A stretch of DNA of 64,000 nucleotides, from assembly GCA_903927505.1 (NCBI GenBank), contig CAIYNF010000128.1:39636-103635 (forward strand), given 5' to 3'. Under the pieces are notes generated by a model. It ran no database searches. It was not told the origin of the DNA and was given only the letters and a program-made list of their open reading frames with translations. Origin of the DNA: an uncultured Bacteroidota bacterium. GTDB lineage: Bacteria; Bacteroidota; Bacteroidia; UKL13-3. This document shows, one piece after another, positions 51,111-60,693 of the stretch; within the stretch, counting starts at the first letter, position 1; each line of letters starts with the position of its first letter. The position numbers and the translations under genes were made by a program.

Positions 51111-52673
51111 TTATAATTTATTTATTTTAAAACTAATTTGATTGATTGGATTAATATCAAGACCAAATAAATCAGATCCAATAATATTCGCTTCTGCGCA
51201 TTTAATTACAAAAGTATTATTAAACACCCCGTTTACATTAATTCTATCAATTTTACTAACGCAACCAATAACATTTACTGTTTTTGAATTAGATGGTAAG
51301 TTTGGACTTAAGTCTATTTTAACACCAAAATGTAATTTATTAATTTTGGTATATTTATTATTAGCAGCTATAAAAGTATTTCCAATTAGATTTATTAATA
51401 ATTGATCATTGGTTTCATAATGGCAATAAATAGAATACCCCAAATTGGCTTCAAACCATGACTTTGAAATGTTTATTACATCTGTAATTGGCAGATCTGG
51501 ATTTTCGGGTGGTGGTGGTGGTGCAGAATTTCTCGGATAAATTCTCAACGCTCCAGTATTTGGGTCGCCATCTACCGGAACATATTTAGTAGTTTCAGAA
51601 TTAGTTAAATACCATCCATTTACTTCAAAAGTGCAATTCTCAATATGTAACATGGAGCCCTTGGAATATTGCAATCCCCAATTCCTACACCAAACAATTC
51701 TAGATTCAAATATAGAAATTTGGTTTGCAGAATAAGACGCAGAGCTATCTAATATTATTCCGTTGAAACACGCTTGACTTGGGTTGTAAAACGTGTGTTC
51801 CTGAGGATCTGGATCAGAAGTATCAGTCCATTCATTTTCTCCGCCAATAACGCAATTGTTTATATTGGATGTAAGTACTCCTTTAAAATTTATTGCAGTT
51901 TGGCATGACCTAACAAAAACTCGTTCAATGTTTAGGAAAGCACAATTTTCGGCATAAATTCCTATAAATTCATATCCTGGTCCATAATAAAATGGTGGCG
52001 CTATTTCTAAGTTATTATGATAATACGAACCCTCGATTAAAGGACTTCCGGCAATTCCGAAATCTTTTAAATTTGTGTATGGGTTAAATACTTCAATTAA
52101 ATTTCTTGTTGTAATAATTGATGAAGCAATTGGTTCTTCCTCGGAGGGGAAATAAGATGTGTTTCCCACAAATATAGTTGATAGCATTCCACTTCCTACC
52201 AGGTTTACTCTTAATGTTTCTCCCCTCCATTTTATTTGAGCTGAAGAGTTATCTGCTTTTATAGAAATAGTATCAATAAGGTAAAATCCTGCTGGGAAAA
52301 ATAAGCCACCAGAACTTTCAGAAATAGTTTGATTGGCAGCATTTGGATATGCATTAGAATAATATTTCTGCATAGAATCTATTGCATTTTGGATATTTGT
52401 TGTATCATTTGTGGGCGTTAAATTGTCTGGAAAAGCATCGCCTTTCACTCCAAACCACTTTACGTTAATCAATCCATCAAATATTCGTTTTAATCTTGAG
52501 CCATTAAAAGTAACTATTACAATTCCAGTATTATCAGCACTTACTGTATCGTGCAAATCATATCGCCAAAATCCTTCTTGCCCAATATCTGTAGTATAAT
52601 ATAAATCAGATAATAAAGGTAAAAAAGTGGGGTCGTTTCTTAAGTATGAAATTGAATAATTAAATGTTGCCAT
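51111..52673 (-). CDS. right-handed parallel beta-helix (pectate-lyase superfamily, PF12708-like) protein
   Basis: INVKWFGVKGDA...NIQNAIDS resembles the N-terminal signature of Pectate_lyase_3 / tailspike-like proteins. Asn/Gly/Ile-rich repeats. Confidence 0.45.
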   Translation of the reverse strand: MATFNYSISYLRNDPTFLPLLSDLYYTTDIGQEGFWRYDLHDTVSADNTGIVIVTFNGSRLKRIFDGLINVKWFGVKGDAFPDNLTPTNDTTNIQNAIDSMQKYYSNAYPNAANQTISESSGGLFFPAGFYLIDTISIKADNSSAQIKWRGETLRVNLVGSGMLSTIFVGNTSYFPSEEEPIASSIITTRNLIEVFNPYTNLKDFGIAGSPLIEGSYYHNNLEIAPPFYYGPGYEFIGIYAENCAFLNIERVFVRSCQTAINFKGVLTSNINNCVIGGENEWTDTSDPDPQEHTFYNPSQACFNGIILDSSASYSANQISIFESRIVWCRNWGLQYSKGSMLHIENCTFEVNGWYLTNSETTKYVPVDGDPNTGALRIYPRNSAPPPPPENPDLPITDVINISKSWFEANLGYSIYCHYETNDQLLINLIGNTFIAANNKYTKINKLHFGVKIDLSPNLPSNSKTVNVIGCVSKIDRINVNGVFNNTFVIKCAEANIIGSDLFGLDINPINQISFKINKL

Positions 52674-52842
52674 GAAGCAGTATTGTTTAATATTAACACA
52701 ATCAAATATAGTGCATTATGTTCATTTTTTGACGTACAATCATAAAACATATTTCTGATTCATTATGAGGACAAAAGTGCATCAAAAACAAAAAAATATT
52801 GGATGTTAAATTTATTTTTGTTATTTTAATTAGCTAATAAAA

Positions 52843-52857
52843 GTTAATTAAATTAAC
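52843..52857. promoter_or_regulatory. candidate operator GTTAATtaaATTAAC upstream of the dnaE2-like gene
   Basis: Identical to the dinB site, including 9 nt of 5' flank. It sits 9 nt before the TTG start. Confidence 0.55.
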
Positions 52858-52865
52858 AATATGCT

Positions 52866-55800
52866 TTGGAACACACACACACCTATTATAGCCTGCGTTA
52901 TGGCACTTTTTCTGTAGAAGAATTGGTTTTGCAAGCCAAGCAACTTGGATTACAATCACTGGGTATTACAGATATCAATTGCTCCACGGGTATTTTTGAA
53001 TTTGTAAAATGCTGCGAAAAACATGGGATCAAACCAATTGCTGGCATTGAATTTAGAGAAGAAAACAGGGTGCTTTTTACTGCTGTAGCTAAGAATACCG
53101 CTGGTATTGCAGAAATAAATAAACTCTTATCTGATTATAATTTATACGGAAAACCCTACGCCCCGCAACTCAAACAACTGCAAAATAGCTATGTGGTTTA
53201 CCCTTTAGCCAATTACCCAAGCGTTTTGCTCGACCACGAATTGATTGGGGTTCGCTTTTCTGAATTTGCTAAACTGGCACGAAAAGACATGAGTAATACC
53301 AAACATAAACTCATTCTACAACAACCCGTAACTTTTCTCAATGCCGCTAGTTACGCGCTACACATGCACCTGCGTGCCATAGACAATAATATATTGCTAA
53401 GTAGGCTCGATACCAACAACAATGCTGCCGCGCCAGATGAATACCTCTTGTCTGAACCCGATATTATTCATACCTGCCGCTACCACCATTATATCTTAAG
53501 CAATACCATTGCCTTCATGGACCGTTGTAGTGTGCACTTCGATTTTAAAACACATAAAAATAAAAAAGTATATTCTTCTTCGGCCTACGACGATAAGCAA
53601 CTCCTCGAAACCCTTGCTTATGATGGCCTGGCATACCGTTATGGCGCCAACAATACCGTGGCCAAACAAAGGGTGCAAAAAGAATTAGACATCATAGACA
53701 AACTTGGCTTCTCTGCCTATTTTCTTATTACCTGGGACATTATCAGGTATTCTATGTCGAGAGGATTTTACCATGTAGGCAGAGGAAGCGGTGCCAATAG
53801 TGTGGTGGCTTATTGCTTGCGCATCACAGATGTTGACCCCATTGAATTGAACCTGTATTTTGAACGTTTTTTAAACCCTAAAAGAACCTCTCCACCCGAT
53901 TTTGATATTGACTACAGCTGGAAAGAACGGCCGCAAGTACATGCCTATATCTTTAAGCGCTATGGGCGTGATCATACGGCATTGTTGGGCACCATCTCTA
54001 CTTTTAGAAGCAGCTCTATCTACCGTGAATTAGGCAAAGTATATGGCTTGCCCAAAAGAGAAATAGATATGCTCGCCGATTATCCAGAAAAAGCAGACCG
54101 CAATTCGCCCTTAATATCACAGATAATGAGCATAGGGGAGCAGTTGCAAGATTTTCCCAATCACCGTTCTATTCATGCAGGTGGTGTGCTTATTTCTGAA
54201 GAACCCATTTACCAATATTCTGCCCTTGATTTACCTCCCGTGGGTTTACCTACCGTGCAATGGGATATGCATATTTCGGAAGATATTGGCTTTGAAAAAT
54301 TTGACATTTTGTCGCAACGCGGAATAGGCCATATCAAAGATGCGGCTGAACTGGTTTGGCAAAACAAACGCATTAAAGTAGATGTGCATGAAGTGCAAAA
54401 ATTTAAAACAGACCCGCGCATCAAACAAGAACTCAAAAACGCAAACAGCATCGGTTGTTTTTATATTGAAAGTCCTGCCATGCGCGGCCTATTGAAAAAA
54501 CTCAAGTGCGACACCTACATTCATCTAGTTGCAGCCAGCTCTATTATTCGTCCGGGCGTGGCAAAATCTGGTATGATGAAAGCATATATCCATAATTTTC
54601 ACCACCAAAAAGAAGTAAAATATTTACACCCTGTAATGAAAGAACAGCTGGAAGAAACTTTTGGCGTAATGGTCTTTCAAGAAGATGTACTGAAAGTTTG
54701 TCATCACTTTGCTGGCTTAGACCTTGCCGATGCAGATGTATTGCGCAGGGCCATGAGCGGCAAATACCGTTCTAAAGCAGAGTTTCAAAGAATCATGGAT
54801 AAGTTCTTTCTCAATTGCAAAGAAAAAGGTCATTCAGATGAATTGAGCAAAGAGGTGTGGCGACAAATGGAAAGCTTTGCGGGTTACTCTTTTAACAAAG
54901 CACACTCTGCTTCTTTTGCAGTAGAGAGCTTCCAAAGTTTGTTTCTCAAAACCTATTATCCAATGGAGTTTATGGTGGCCGTTATCAATAATTTTGGAGG
55001 CTTTTACCGCACTTGGGTATATGTAAATGAGCTAATAAAAACAGGGGCAAAGGTGCTGTTACCCTGCGTTAACGAATCAGAACTGCTTACCAATATCAAA
55101 GGCGAAAATGTATACCTTGGCTTTACCCATATTGAAAGCATTGAACACAAAACAATTGAAGCTATTTTAGAAGAACGCGCACTAAATGGCCCCTTTTCAA
55201 GCTTTGTAGATTTTACCAACAGGGTACCCATTAGTGTTACGCAAATCAAAATTCTCATTAAAGTTGGGGCCTTTAGGTTTTGTGGTGTAGGAAAGAAAAA
55301 CTTAATGTGGCAAGCCTATACCAACCTGGGAGAACGCGCCCAACACGCAGAAATGGCCTATGTAAATAAAAGCAGTAAAAATAGCATCGAACCAAAGGCA
55401 ATGCAACACTTGGTACAAGAAACCATGCAGTCTATTTTGTTTACAAAAGCCCCTAAAGAATTTAACTTGCCCGCACTGGTACACAACAGCATAGAAGATG
55501 CCTACGATGAAATTGAACTGCTGGGATTTCCTATAAGCATCAATGATTTTGACTTGCTACAAACAAACTATAGGGGAGATGTAATGGCCCAAGATATCAG
55601 CAAATATTTGGGTCGAACCGTTAAAATGCTTGGAAATTATGTAACAACTAAATCTATTAAAACAATACGTGGCGACTATATGGCTTTTGGTACTTTTTAC
55701 GATGTGCATACCCAATTCTTTGACACCACACACTTTGCGCAAAGCCTCGCTAAATACCCATTTGCAGGCAGAGGCGTATACCTAATTGAAGGAAAAGTAG

Positions 55801-55877
55801 TAGAAGAATTTGGCTTTTATACCTTAGAAGTGAGCAAAATGGCCAAGTTAGCTACCAAACCCGATCCGCGCTATTGA
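52866..55877 (+). CDS. dnaE2: error-prone DNA polymerase III alpha-like subunit (DnaE2/ImuC-like)
   Basis: 1003 aa. Has an N-terminal PHP domain (EHTHTYYSLRYG), the Pol IIIalpha core, and a length and context (with dinB and a LexA-like repressor) typical of DnaE2. TTG start. Confidence 0.78.
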   Translation: MEHTHTYYSLRYGTFSVEELVLQAKQLGLQSLGITDINCSTGIFEFVKCCEKHGIKPIAGIEFREENRVLFTAVAKNTAGIAEINKLLSDYNLYGKPYAPQLKQLQNSYVVYPLANYPSVLLDHELIGVRFSEFAKLARKDMSNTKHKLILQQPVTFLNAASYALHMHLRAIDNNILLSRLDTNNNAAAPDEYLLSEPDIIHTCRYHHYILSNTIAFMDRCSVHFDFKTHKNKKVYSSSAYDDKQLLETLAYDGLAYRYGANNTVAKQRVQKELDIIDKLGFSAYFLITWDIIRYSMSRGFYHVGRGSGANSVVAYCLRITDVDPIELNLYFERFLNPKRTSPPDFDIDYSWKERPQVHAYIFKRYGRDHTALLGTISTFRSSSIYRELGKVYGLPKREIDMLADYPEKADRNSPLISQIMSIGEQLQDFPNHRSIHAGGVLISEEPIYQYSALDLPPVGLPTVQWDMHISEDIGFEKFDILSQRGIGHIKDAAELVWQNKRIKVDVHEVQKFKTDPRIKQELKNANSIGCFYIESPAMRGLLKKLKCDTYIHLVAASSIIRPGVAKSGMMKAYIHNFHHQKEVKYLHPVMKEQLEETFGVMVFQEDVLKVCHHFAGLDLADADVLRRAMSGKYRSKAEFQRIMDKFFLNCKEKGHSDELSKEVWRQMESFAGYSFNKAHSASFAVESFQSLFLKTYYPMEFMVAVINNFGGFYRTWVYVNELIKTGAKVLLPCVNESELLTNIKGENVYLGFTHIESIEHKTIEAILEERALNGPFSSFVDFTNRVPISVTQIKILIKVGAFRFCGVGKKNLMWQAYTNLGERAQHAEMAYVNKSSKNSIEPKAMQHLVQETMQSILFTKAPKEFNLPALVHNSIEDAYDEIELLGFPISINDFDLLQTNYRGDVMAQDISKYLGRTVKMLGNYVTTKSIKTIRGDYMAFGTFYDVHTQFFDTTHFAQSLAKYPFAGRGVYLIEGKVVEEFGFYTLEVSKMAKLATKPDPRY

Positions 55878-55946
55878 TACCCCTTTCAAGAAATTGAAAA
55901 TTGCTATAGTAATTTTAGAATAAATTTCGGTTCTTGCTCCTAAATA

Positions 55947-58481
55947 TTGTTAACTATGAAAAAAATCTTGCTACTTGCACTCAGTGCTTCTTTTGTATTT
56001 GGTGCCTGTATGAGCGCCAAAGCAAAGAAAAAACCTAGCACAAGCGCTGCCCCAACAAACAAAACGGCAAGCATTGCCGATAAAACAAAAGCCAGCAAAA
56101 AACTAGATGGCCTGTTTCCATTGTTTCAAGATAGCACCAGCGGCAATGTGATGATGCTCATTAAAAAAGACCAACTTGAAAAGGAATATATTTATTTCTC
56201 GTATACCGTTGATGGCGTAGTAGCTGCAGGGCATTTTAGAGGTAGTTTCCGCGACAATAAACTCTTTACCATTAAACGCTATTTTGATAGAATTGAGTTT
56301 ACGGTAATTAATACAGGGTTTTATTTCGACCCAAGCAATCCCGTTAGCAAAGCAGCCACAGCAAATATTAGCAATGCCATCCTAAGCAGCCAAAAAATTA
56401 TTGCAGAAGACAATAAAAAAGGCGAAATACTTATTGATGCAAGTGCCTTGTTTTTAAGTGAGAATTTGCAACAAATAAAACCTTCGGCAATGCCTGGTTC
56501 TATGGGCTTTCAGCTTGGTTCGTTGAGCAAAGACAAAACCAAATTCATTAGCTTAAGAAACTACGAAAAGAATACAGATTTAATAGTAGAATATGTATAT
56601 GATAACCCTTCTCCAGTATATGGTGGTGGCAAAGAAATTGCCGACGATAGAGCAGTGAGTATTACCGTTCAGCATACCCTCATTGAAGCACCTAAAAACA
56701 ATTTTAAACCGCGTTTTGACGATCCACGTATTGGTTATTTTTCTGAGCAAGAAGAAGACATGACCAGCACCAATCCTGTTGCTTACCACGATTTTATTCA
56801 CCGTTGGAACCTAGAGAAAAAAGATACCAATGCCGATTTGTCTGAACCCATTGAACCAATTGTATGGTGGATTGAAAATACAACCCCATTGGAATTTAGA
56901 GCAACCATTAAAGAAGCGGGAGAAAAATGGAATTTGGCATTTGAAAAAGCAGGATTTAAAAACGCTGTAATTATCAAAGAACAACCTGATACCGCAACCT
57001 GGGATGCTGGAGATATTAGGTACAATGTATTAAGATGGACAAGCTCGCCGCAACCGCCATTTGGTGGCTATGGCCCTAGTTTTGTTGATCCTAGAACTGG
57101 TCAGATTTTAGGTGCAGATATTATGTTTGAATACATTTTTGTTACCAACCGTTTGCGTCAAGAGAAATTATTTGTAACAGAAAATAGCACCGAATTGCCT
57201 AGCAATGGAAAATTGAAAAATTTCTGTAATGCCCAAGATTATTTGCATCAAACCACCTTGTTTGGCGGACAGGTTTTAGACATCCAAGGAATTGGCGAAA
57301 TAGAAAAACGCGATTACATGAAGCAATCGCTATACTATTTGGTATTGCACGAAATGGGGCATACCATGGGACTAAACCATAACATGAAAGCCAGTCAGAT
57401 GTTAAAGCCAAACCAAATTAATGATAAAAGCATTACACGTACTTATGGTTTAACAGCTTCTGTTATGGACTATCCGGCTGCAAACGTAGCTTTAGATAAA
57501 AGTAAACAAGGTGATTATTTCACTACGCGTCCGGGGCCTTACGACCTTTGGGCAATTGAGTTTGGTTATGCACCTTCACTTAATAACAGCAAATCTGAAG
57601 AAGAGAGAATGTTGGCATTGCTCTCAAAAGCAAATGATACACTCTTAATTTTTGGTAATGATGCAGATGACATGCGTGGGGTAGGAAGTGGTATTGATCC
57701 TAGAGTAAACGTAAATGATTTATCTGGTGATGCCATTGGATATGGCATTGAACGCATGCAATTGAGCCTTCAATTAATGGGTAAATTAAAAGAGAAATAC
57801 AGCAAGCCAAACCAAAGCTATCAAGAATTAAGACAAGCTTATAATGTAGTTCAAAATGAATATTTCCAAGCCAGCAATGTAATTGTAAAATACATTGGTG
57901 GTGTTTATGTAAACAGGGCATTTATTGCGCAGCCAGGTGCTGGAAAAGCTTATACACCGGTTCCTCTGGCAGAACAAAAACGTGCCATGAAAGCATTGTC
58001 GCAATATGCATTTGCGGCCAATTCATTTGGGGTTCAAACAAATTTGTTCCCATACTTACAAATGCAAAGACGTGGATTTAATTTCTTTGGAAGCAATGAA
58101 GATCCTAAAATCAATGAGCGTGTTTTAGGTTACCAAAAAACATTATTGGCACACCTCACCAATGTAACTGTATTGAAACGTTTATCTGATAGTCGTAATT
58201 ATGGCAACAGCTATTCTGTAGTAAATATGATGAATGATTTAACGGAGGCAATTTTTAAAGGCGATAATGGCGCCATTCCAACTTTTAGGTATAATTTACA
58301 AGTTGCCTATTTAGATAGGTTGATTTCTATTGTTAATAGCAATAACTACGATGGCATTTCGCAAGCAGCAGCATTGGCACAAATTAAAGCCATTGAAAAA
58401 ATAGCATTTGGCGCAAGCGAAGAAGCCAAAGCGCATGCTGTTTTGATTGCCTTGAAAATTAAGCAAGGACTAGAGAAATAA
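55947..58481 (+). CDS. zinc-dependent metalloprotease (Bacteroidetes DUF5117/DUF5118-type), lipoprotein
   Basis: Lipoprotein signal ...SFVFGAC and HEMGHTMGLNHN zinc-binding motif, 844 aa. Confidence 0.68.
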   Translation: MLTMKKILLLALSASFVFGACMSAKAKKKPSTSAAPTNKTASIADKTKASKKLDGLFPLFQDSTSGNVMMLIKKDQLEKEYIYFSYTVDGVVAAGHFRGSFRDNKLFTIKRYFDRIEFTVINTGFYFDPSNPVSKAATANISNAILSSQKIIAEDNKKGEILIDASALFLSENLQQIKPSAMPGSMGFQLGSLSKDKTKFISLRNYEKNTDLIVEYVYDNPSPVYGGGKEIADDRAVSITVQHTLIEAPKNNFKPRFDDPRIGYFSEQEEDMTSTNPVAYHDFIHRWNLEKKDTNADLSEPIEPIVWWIENTTPLEFRATIKEAGEKWNLAFEKAGFKNAVIIKEQPDTATWDAGDIRYNVLRWTSSPQPPFGGYGPSFVDPRTGQILGADIMFEYIFVTNRLRQEKLFVTENSTELPSNGKLKNFCNAQDYLHQTTLFGGQVLDIQGIGEIEKRDYMKQSLYYLVLHEMGHTMGLNHNMKASQMLKPNQINDKSITRTYGLTASVMDYPAANVALDKSKQGDYFTTRPGPYDLWAIEFGYAPSLNNSKSEEERMLALLSKANDTLLIFGNDADDMRGVGSGIDPRVNVNDLSGDAIGYGIERMQLSLQLMGKLKEKYSKPNQSYQELRQAYNVVQNEYFQASNVIVKYIGGVYVNRAFIAQPGAGKAYTPVPLAEQKRAMKALSQYAFAANSFGVQTNLFPYLQMQRRGFNFFGSNEDPKINERVLGYQKTLLAHLTNVTVLKRLSDSRNYGNSYSVVNMMNDLTEAIFKGDNGAIPTFRYNLQVAYLDRLISIVNSNNYDGISQAAALAQIKAIEKIAFGASEEAKAHAVLIALKIKQGLEK

Positions 58482-58490
58482 GCAAATTAG

Positions 58491-58552
58491 GGCGTCAAGG
58501 CTTCCAATCGGGCGATTTATTCGTTAGATTTGAAGCCTTGGCGCCTTTCTAT
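58491..58552 (+). terminator. long hairpin (14-bp stem, 27-nt loop) plus a U-rich tail downstream of the metalloprotease
   Basis: GGCGTCAAGGCTTC ... GAAGCCTTGGCGCC (one G-U pair) followed by CTTTCTATTT. Confidence 0.5.
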
Positions 58553-58717
58553 TTAACACTAAATGAGTTAATTAGCTAAAATATTAGGTTTTGGGTTGAA
58601 TTTCCTTCAATCCACCTTACATTTGCATTCCGATTTTTTTGCTTAAATAGGATGAATTGCGTCCCTACAGCAAAATTGATCTGGAAACTTTGCTTCAAAC
58701 CATATAATATTTAATAA

Positions 58718-59764
58718 ATGAAATTATCTCAGTTCAAATTTGCCTTTAACGAAAGCTTGATAGCTAAGCATCCAACCGATGCGCGTGACGAATCAAAATT
58801 AATGGTTATTAACCGCGAAAAAGGCAAAATAGAGCACAAGAAATTCTCAGATATTTTAGGCATGTTCAACGACAGAGACGTGATGGTGCTTAACAATACT
58901 AAGGTTTTTCCTGCGCGTTTATATGGTAGCAAAGAAAAAACAGGTGCTAAAATTGAAGTTTTCTTGTTGCGTGAATTAAACAAGGAAATGAAATTATGGG
59001 ACGTGTTGGTTGATCCAGCCCGTAAAATTCGTGTAGGTAATAAATTGTATTTTGGAAACGATGATTTAGTTGCTGAAGTAGTTGATAATACTACCAGTCG
59101 TGGAAGAACCATCCGTTTCTTATTTGATGGTACCGACGAAGAATTGCGCAAGTTAATTGACAAGTTAGGTGAAATGCCTATCCCAAAATACATGGGCAGA
59201 GATGTAGATAAAAACGACAAAGAGCGTTTCAATACTATTTTTGCTAAAAACGTAGGTGCTGTAATTCCTCCAACTGCTGGTTTACATTTTAGTCGTGAAC
59301 TAATGATGCGCCTAGAAATTAAAGGTATTCGTTTCCCCGAACTTACCTTGCACAATGGTTTAGGATCTTTTAGAACAGTAGAAGTAGAAGACCTTACCAA
59401 ACATAAAATGGATTCTGAGTTCTATGAAATTCCTAGAGAAACAACAGAAATAGTTAATACCGCTATTGTAGAAAAAAGAAAGATTGTAGCGGTTGGTAAT
59501 TCAGTTATGCGTGCTTTGGAATCGTCAGTATCATCTGCAGATAGGTTAAATCCATTGAGTGGCTGGACAGACAAATTCCTTTTTCCGCCGCATGAATTTA
59601 AAATTGCCAATGTTTTGATTTCTAATTTTCATCCGCCAGAGTCTACTTTATTAATGGCAAGTGCAGCGTTTGCTGGATTTGAATTATTAGAAGAAGCATA
59701 CAACGAAGCCATTAAAAAGAAATACCGTTTCTTGGCCTACGGTGATGCAATGATTATTATCTAA
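58718..59764 (+). CDS. queA: S-adenosylmethionine:tRNA ribosyltransferase-isomerase
   Basis: 348 aa with a QueA-like N-terminus ([18 protein letters not shown]...KLMV). Confidence 0.9.
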   Translation: MKLSQFKFAFNESLIAKHPTDARDESKLMVINREKGKIEHKKFSDILGMFNDRDVMVLNNTKVFPARLYGSKEKTGAKIEVFLLRELNKEMKLWDVLVDPARKIRVGNKLYFGNDDLVAEVVDNTTSRGRTIRFLFDGTDEELRKLIDKLGEMPIPKYMGRDVDKNDKERFNTIFAKNVGAVIPPTAGLHFSRELMMRLEIKGIRFPELTLHNGLGSFRTVEVEDLTKHKMDSEFYEIPRETTEIVNTAIVEKRKIVAVGNSVMRALESSVSSADRLNPLSGWTDKFLFPPHEFKIANVLISNFHPPESTLLMASAAFAGFELLEEAYNEAIKKKYRFLAYGDAMIII

Positions 59765-59808
59765 GGCTTTCCAAAGCCCATTTTCTCAATTTCAATTACT
59801 CTATTCTT

Positions 59809-60471
59809 ATGAAGAAATATGCTTTAATTGTTGCAGGTGGAAAGGGCTTACGAATGGGAGCAGATTTACCCAAACAATTTATTGAGCTTTCTGGATTGCC
59901 TGTATTAATGCATACATTAAAGGCATTTCGGCAGGTAGATGATATTCATATTACACTGGTATTACCGGAAGATCATATGGAGTATTGGTCCTCATTATGC
60001 AAATCGCATCAATTCAGTATACCACATCAATTGGCTGTAGGGGGGGATTCTAGATTTCAATCTGTAAAAAATGGTTTGGCAAGTATTCCAGAAGATGCCT
60101 TGGTTGCCATTCATGATGGGGTAAGACCATTGGTTTCGACCCAAGTAATCAATGAAGCATTTTTAATTGCAGAAGAAAAAGGAAATGCCATTGCTGTTGT
60201 TCCTCTGAAAGACTCTCTCCGGAAACAAGAATTAGAAAAGAATTTTGCCGTAAACAGAGCCAATTACTTCTTGGTTCAAACACCCCAGGCATTTCAAAGT
60301 AAAATCATTCAAGATGCATACACTGCTGCGTTAGACGATAATTTCACGGATGATGCAAGTGTGTTAGAAGCACAGAATATTGAGATTAATCTCATTGCAG
60401 GAGATTATAGAAATATTAAAATTACCACACCAGAAGATTTATTGATTGCAGAAGCTTTTCTACGCAATTAA
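59809..60471 (+). CDS. ispD: 2-C-methyl-D-erythritol 4-phosphate cytidylyltransferase
   Basis: ALIVAGGKGLRMG...PKQF N-terminal motif, 220 aa. Confidence 0.88.
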   Translation: MKKYALIVAGGKGLRMGADLPKQFIELSGLPVLMHTLKAFRQVDDIHITLVLPEDHMEYWSSLCKSHQFSIPHQLAVGGDSRFQSVKNGLASIPEDALVAIHDGVRPLVSTQVINEAFLIAEEKGNAIAVVPLKDSLRKQELEKNFAVNRANYFLVQTPQAFQSKIIQDAYTAALDDNFTDDASVLEAQNIEINLIAGDYRNIKITTPEDLLIAEAFLRN

Positions 60472-60644
60472 AATATCCCTTTGGCAATAAGGTAGGGCAC
60501 AATTAGCCAAAGTATTCCTTTGATAAGGAAGAATACAAATCCCATCAAACCTAGGCGTTTAACAACGGCTTTAAACTTGCTGCGCCCAGTTGGACTAACA
60601 GGGCATTCTAATGGTTTATCTTGAGCTTTATCTAGGATTTTCAT
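60468..60644 (-). CDS. small (58 aa) putative membrane protein, absent from the ORF track
   Basis: ATG..TAA ORF that translates to MKILDKAQDKPLECPVSPTGRSKFKAVVKRLGLMGFVFFLIKGILWLIVPYLIAKGIF. It has a clear C-terminal TM helix, starts 49 nt downstream of the preceding minus-strand gene, and its stop overlaps the ispD stop. Confidence 0.3.
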   Translation of the reverse strand: MKILDKAQDKPLECPVSPTGRSKFKAVVKRLGLMGFVFFLIKGILWLIVPYLIAKGIF

Positions 60645-60693
60645 ATAAGAAGGCGCAAAAGTAGTATTGTTTTTTGGAACTGCAAGTGTAAAC

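Noticed and set aside
52826-52840. TTAATTAGCTAA(A/T)A, a 13-14-mer shared between the dnaE2 upstream region and the queA upstream region (58567-58580)
   Set aside because: It is a short, AT-rich palindromic string (ATTAGCTAAT). Two copies in AT-rich intergenic DNA are plausibly chance, and there is no third copy or functional link.
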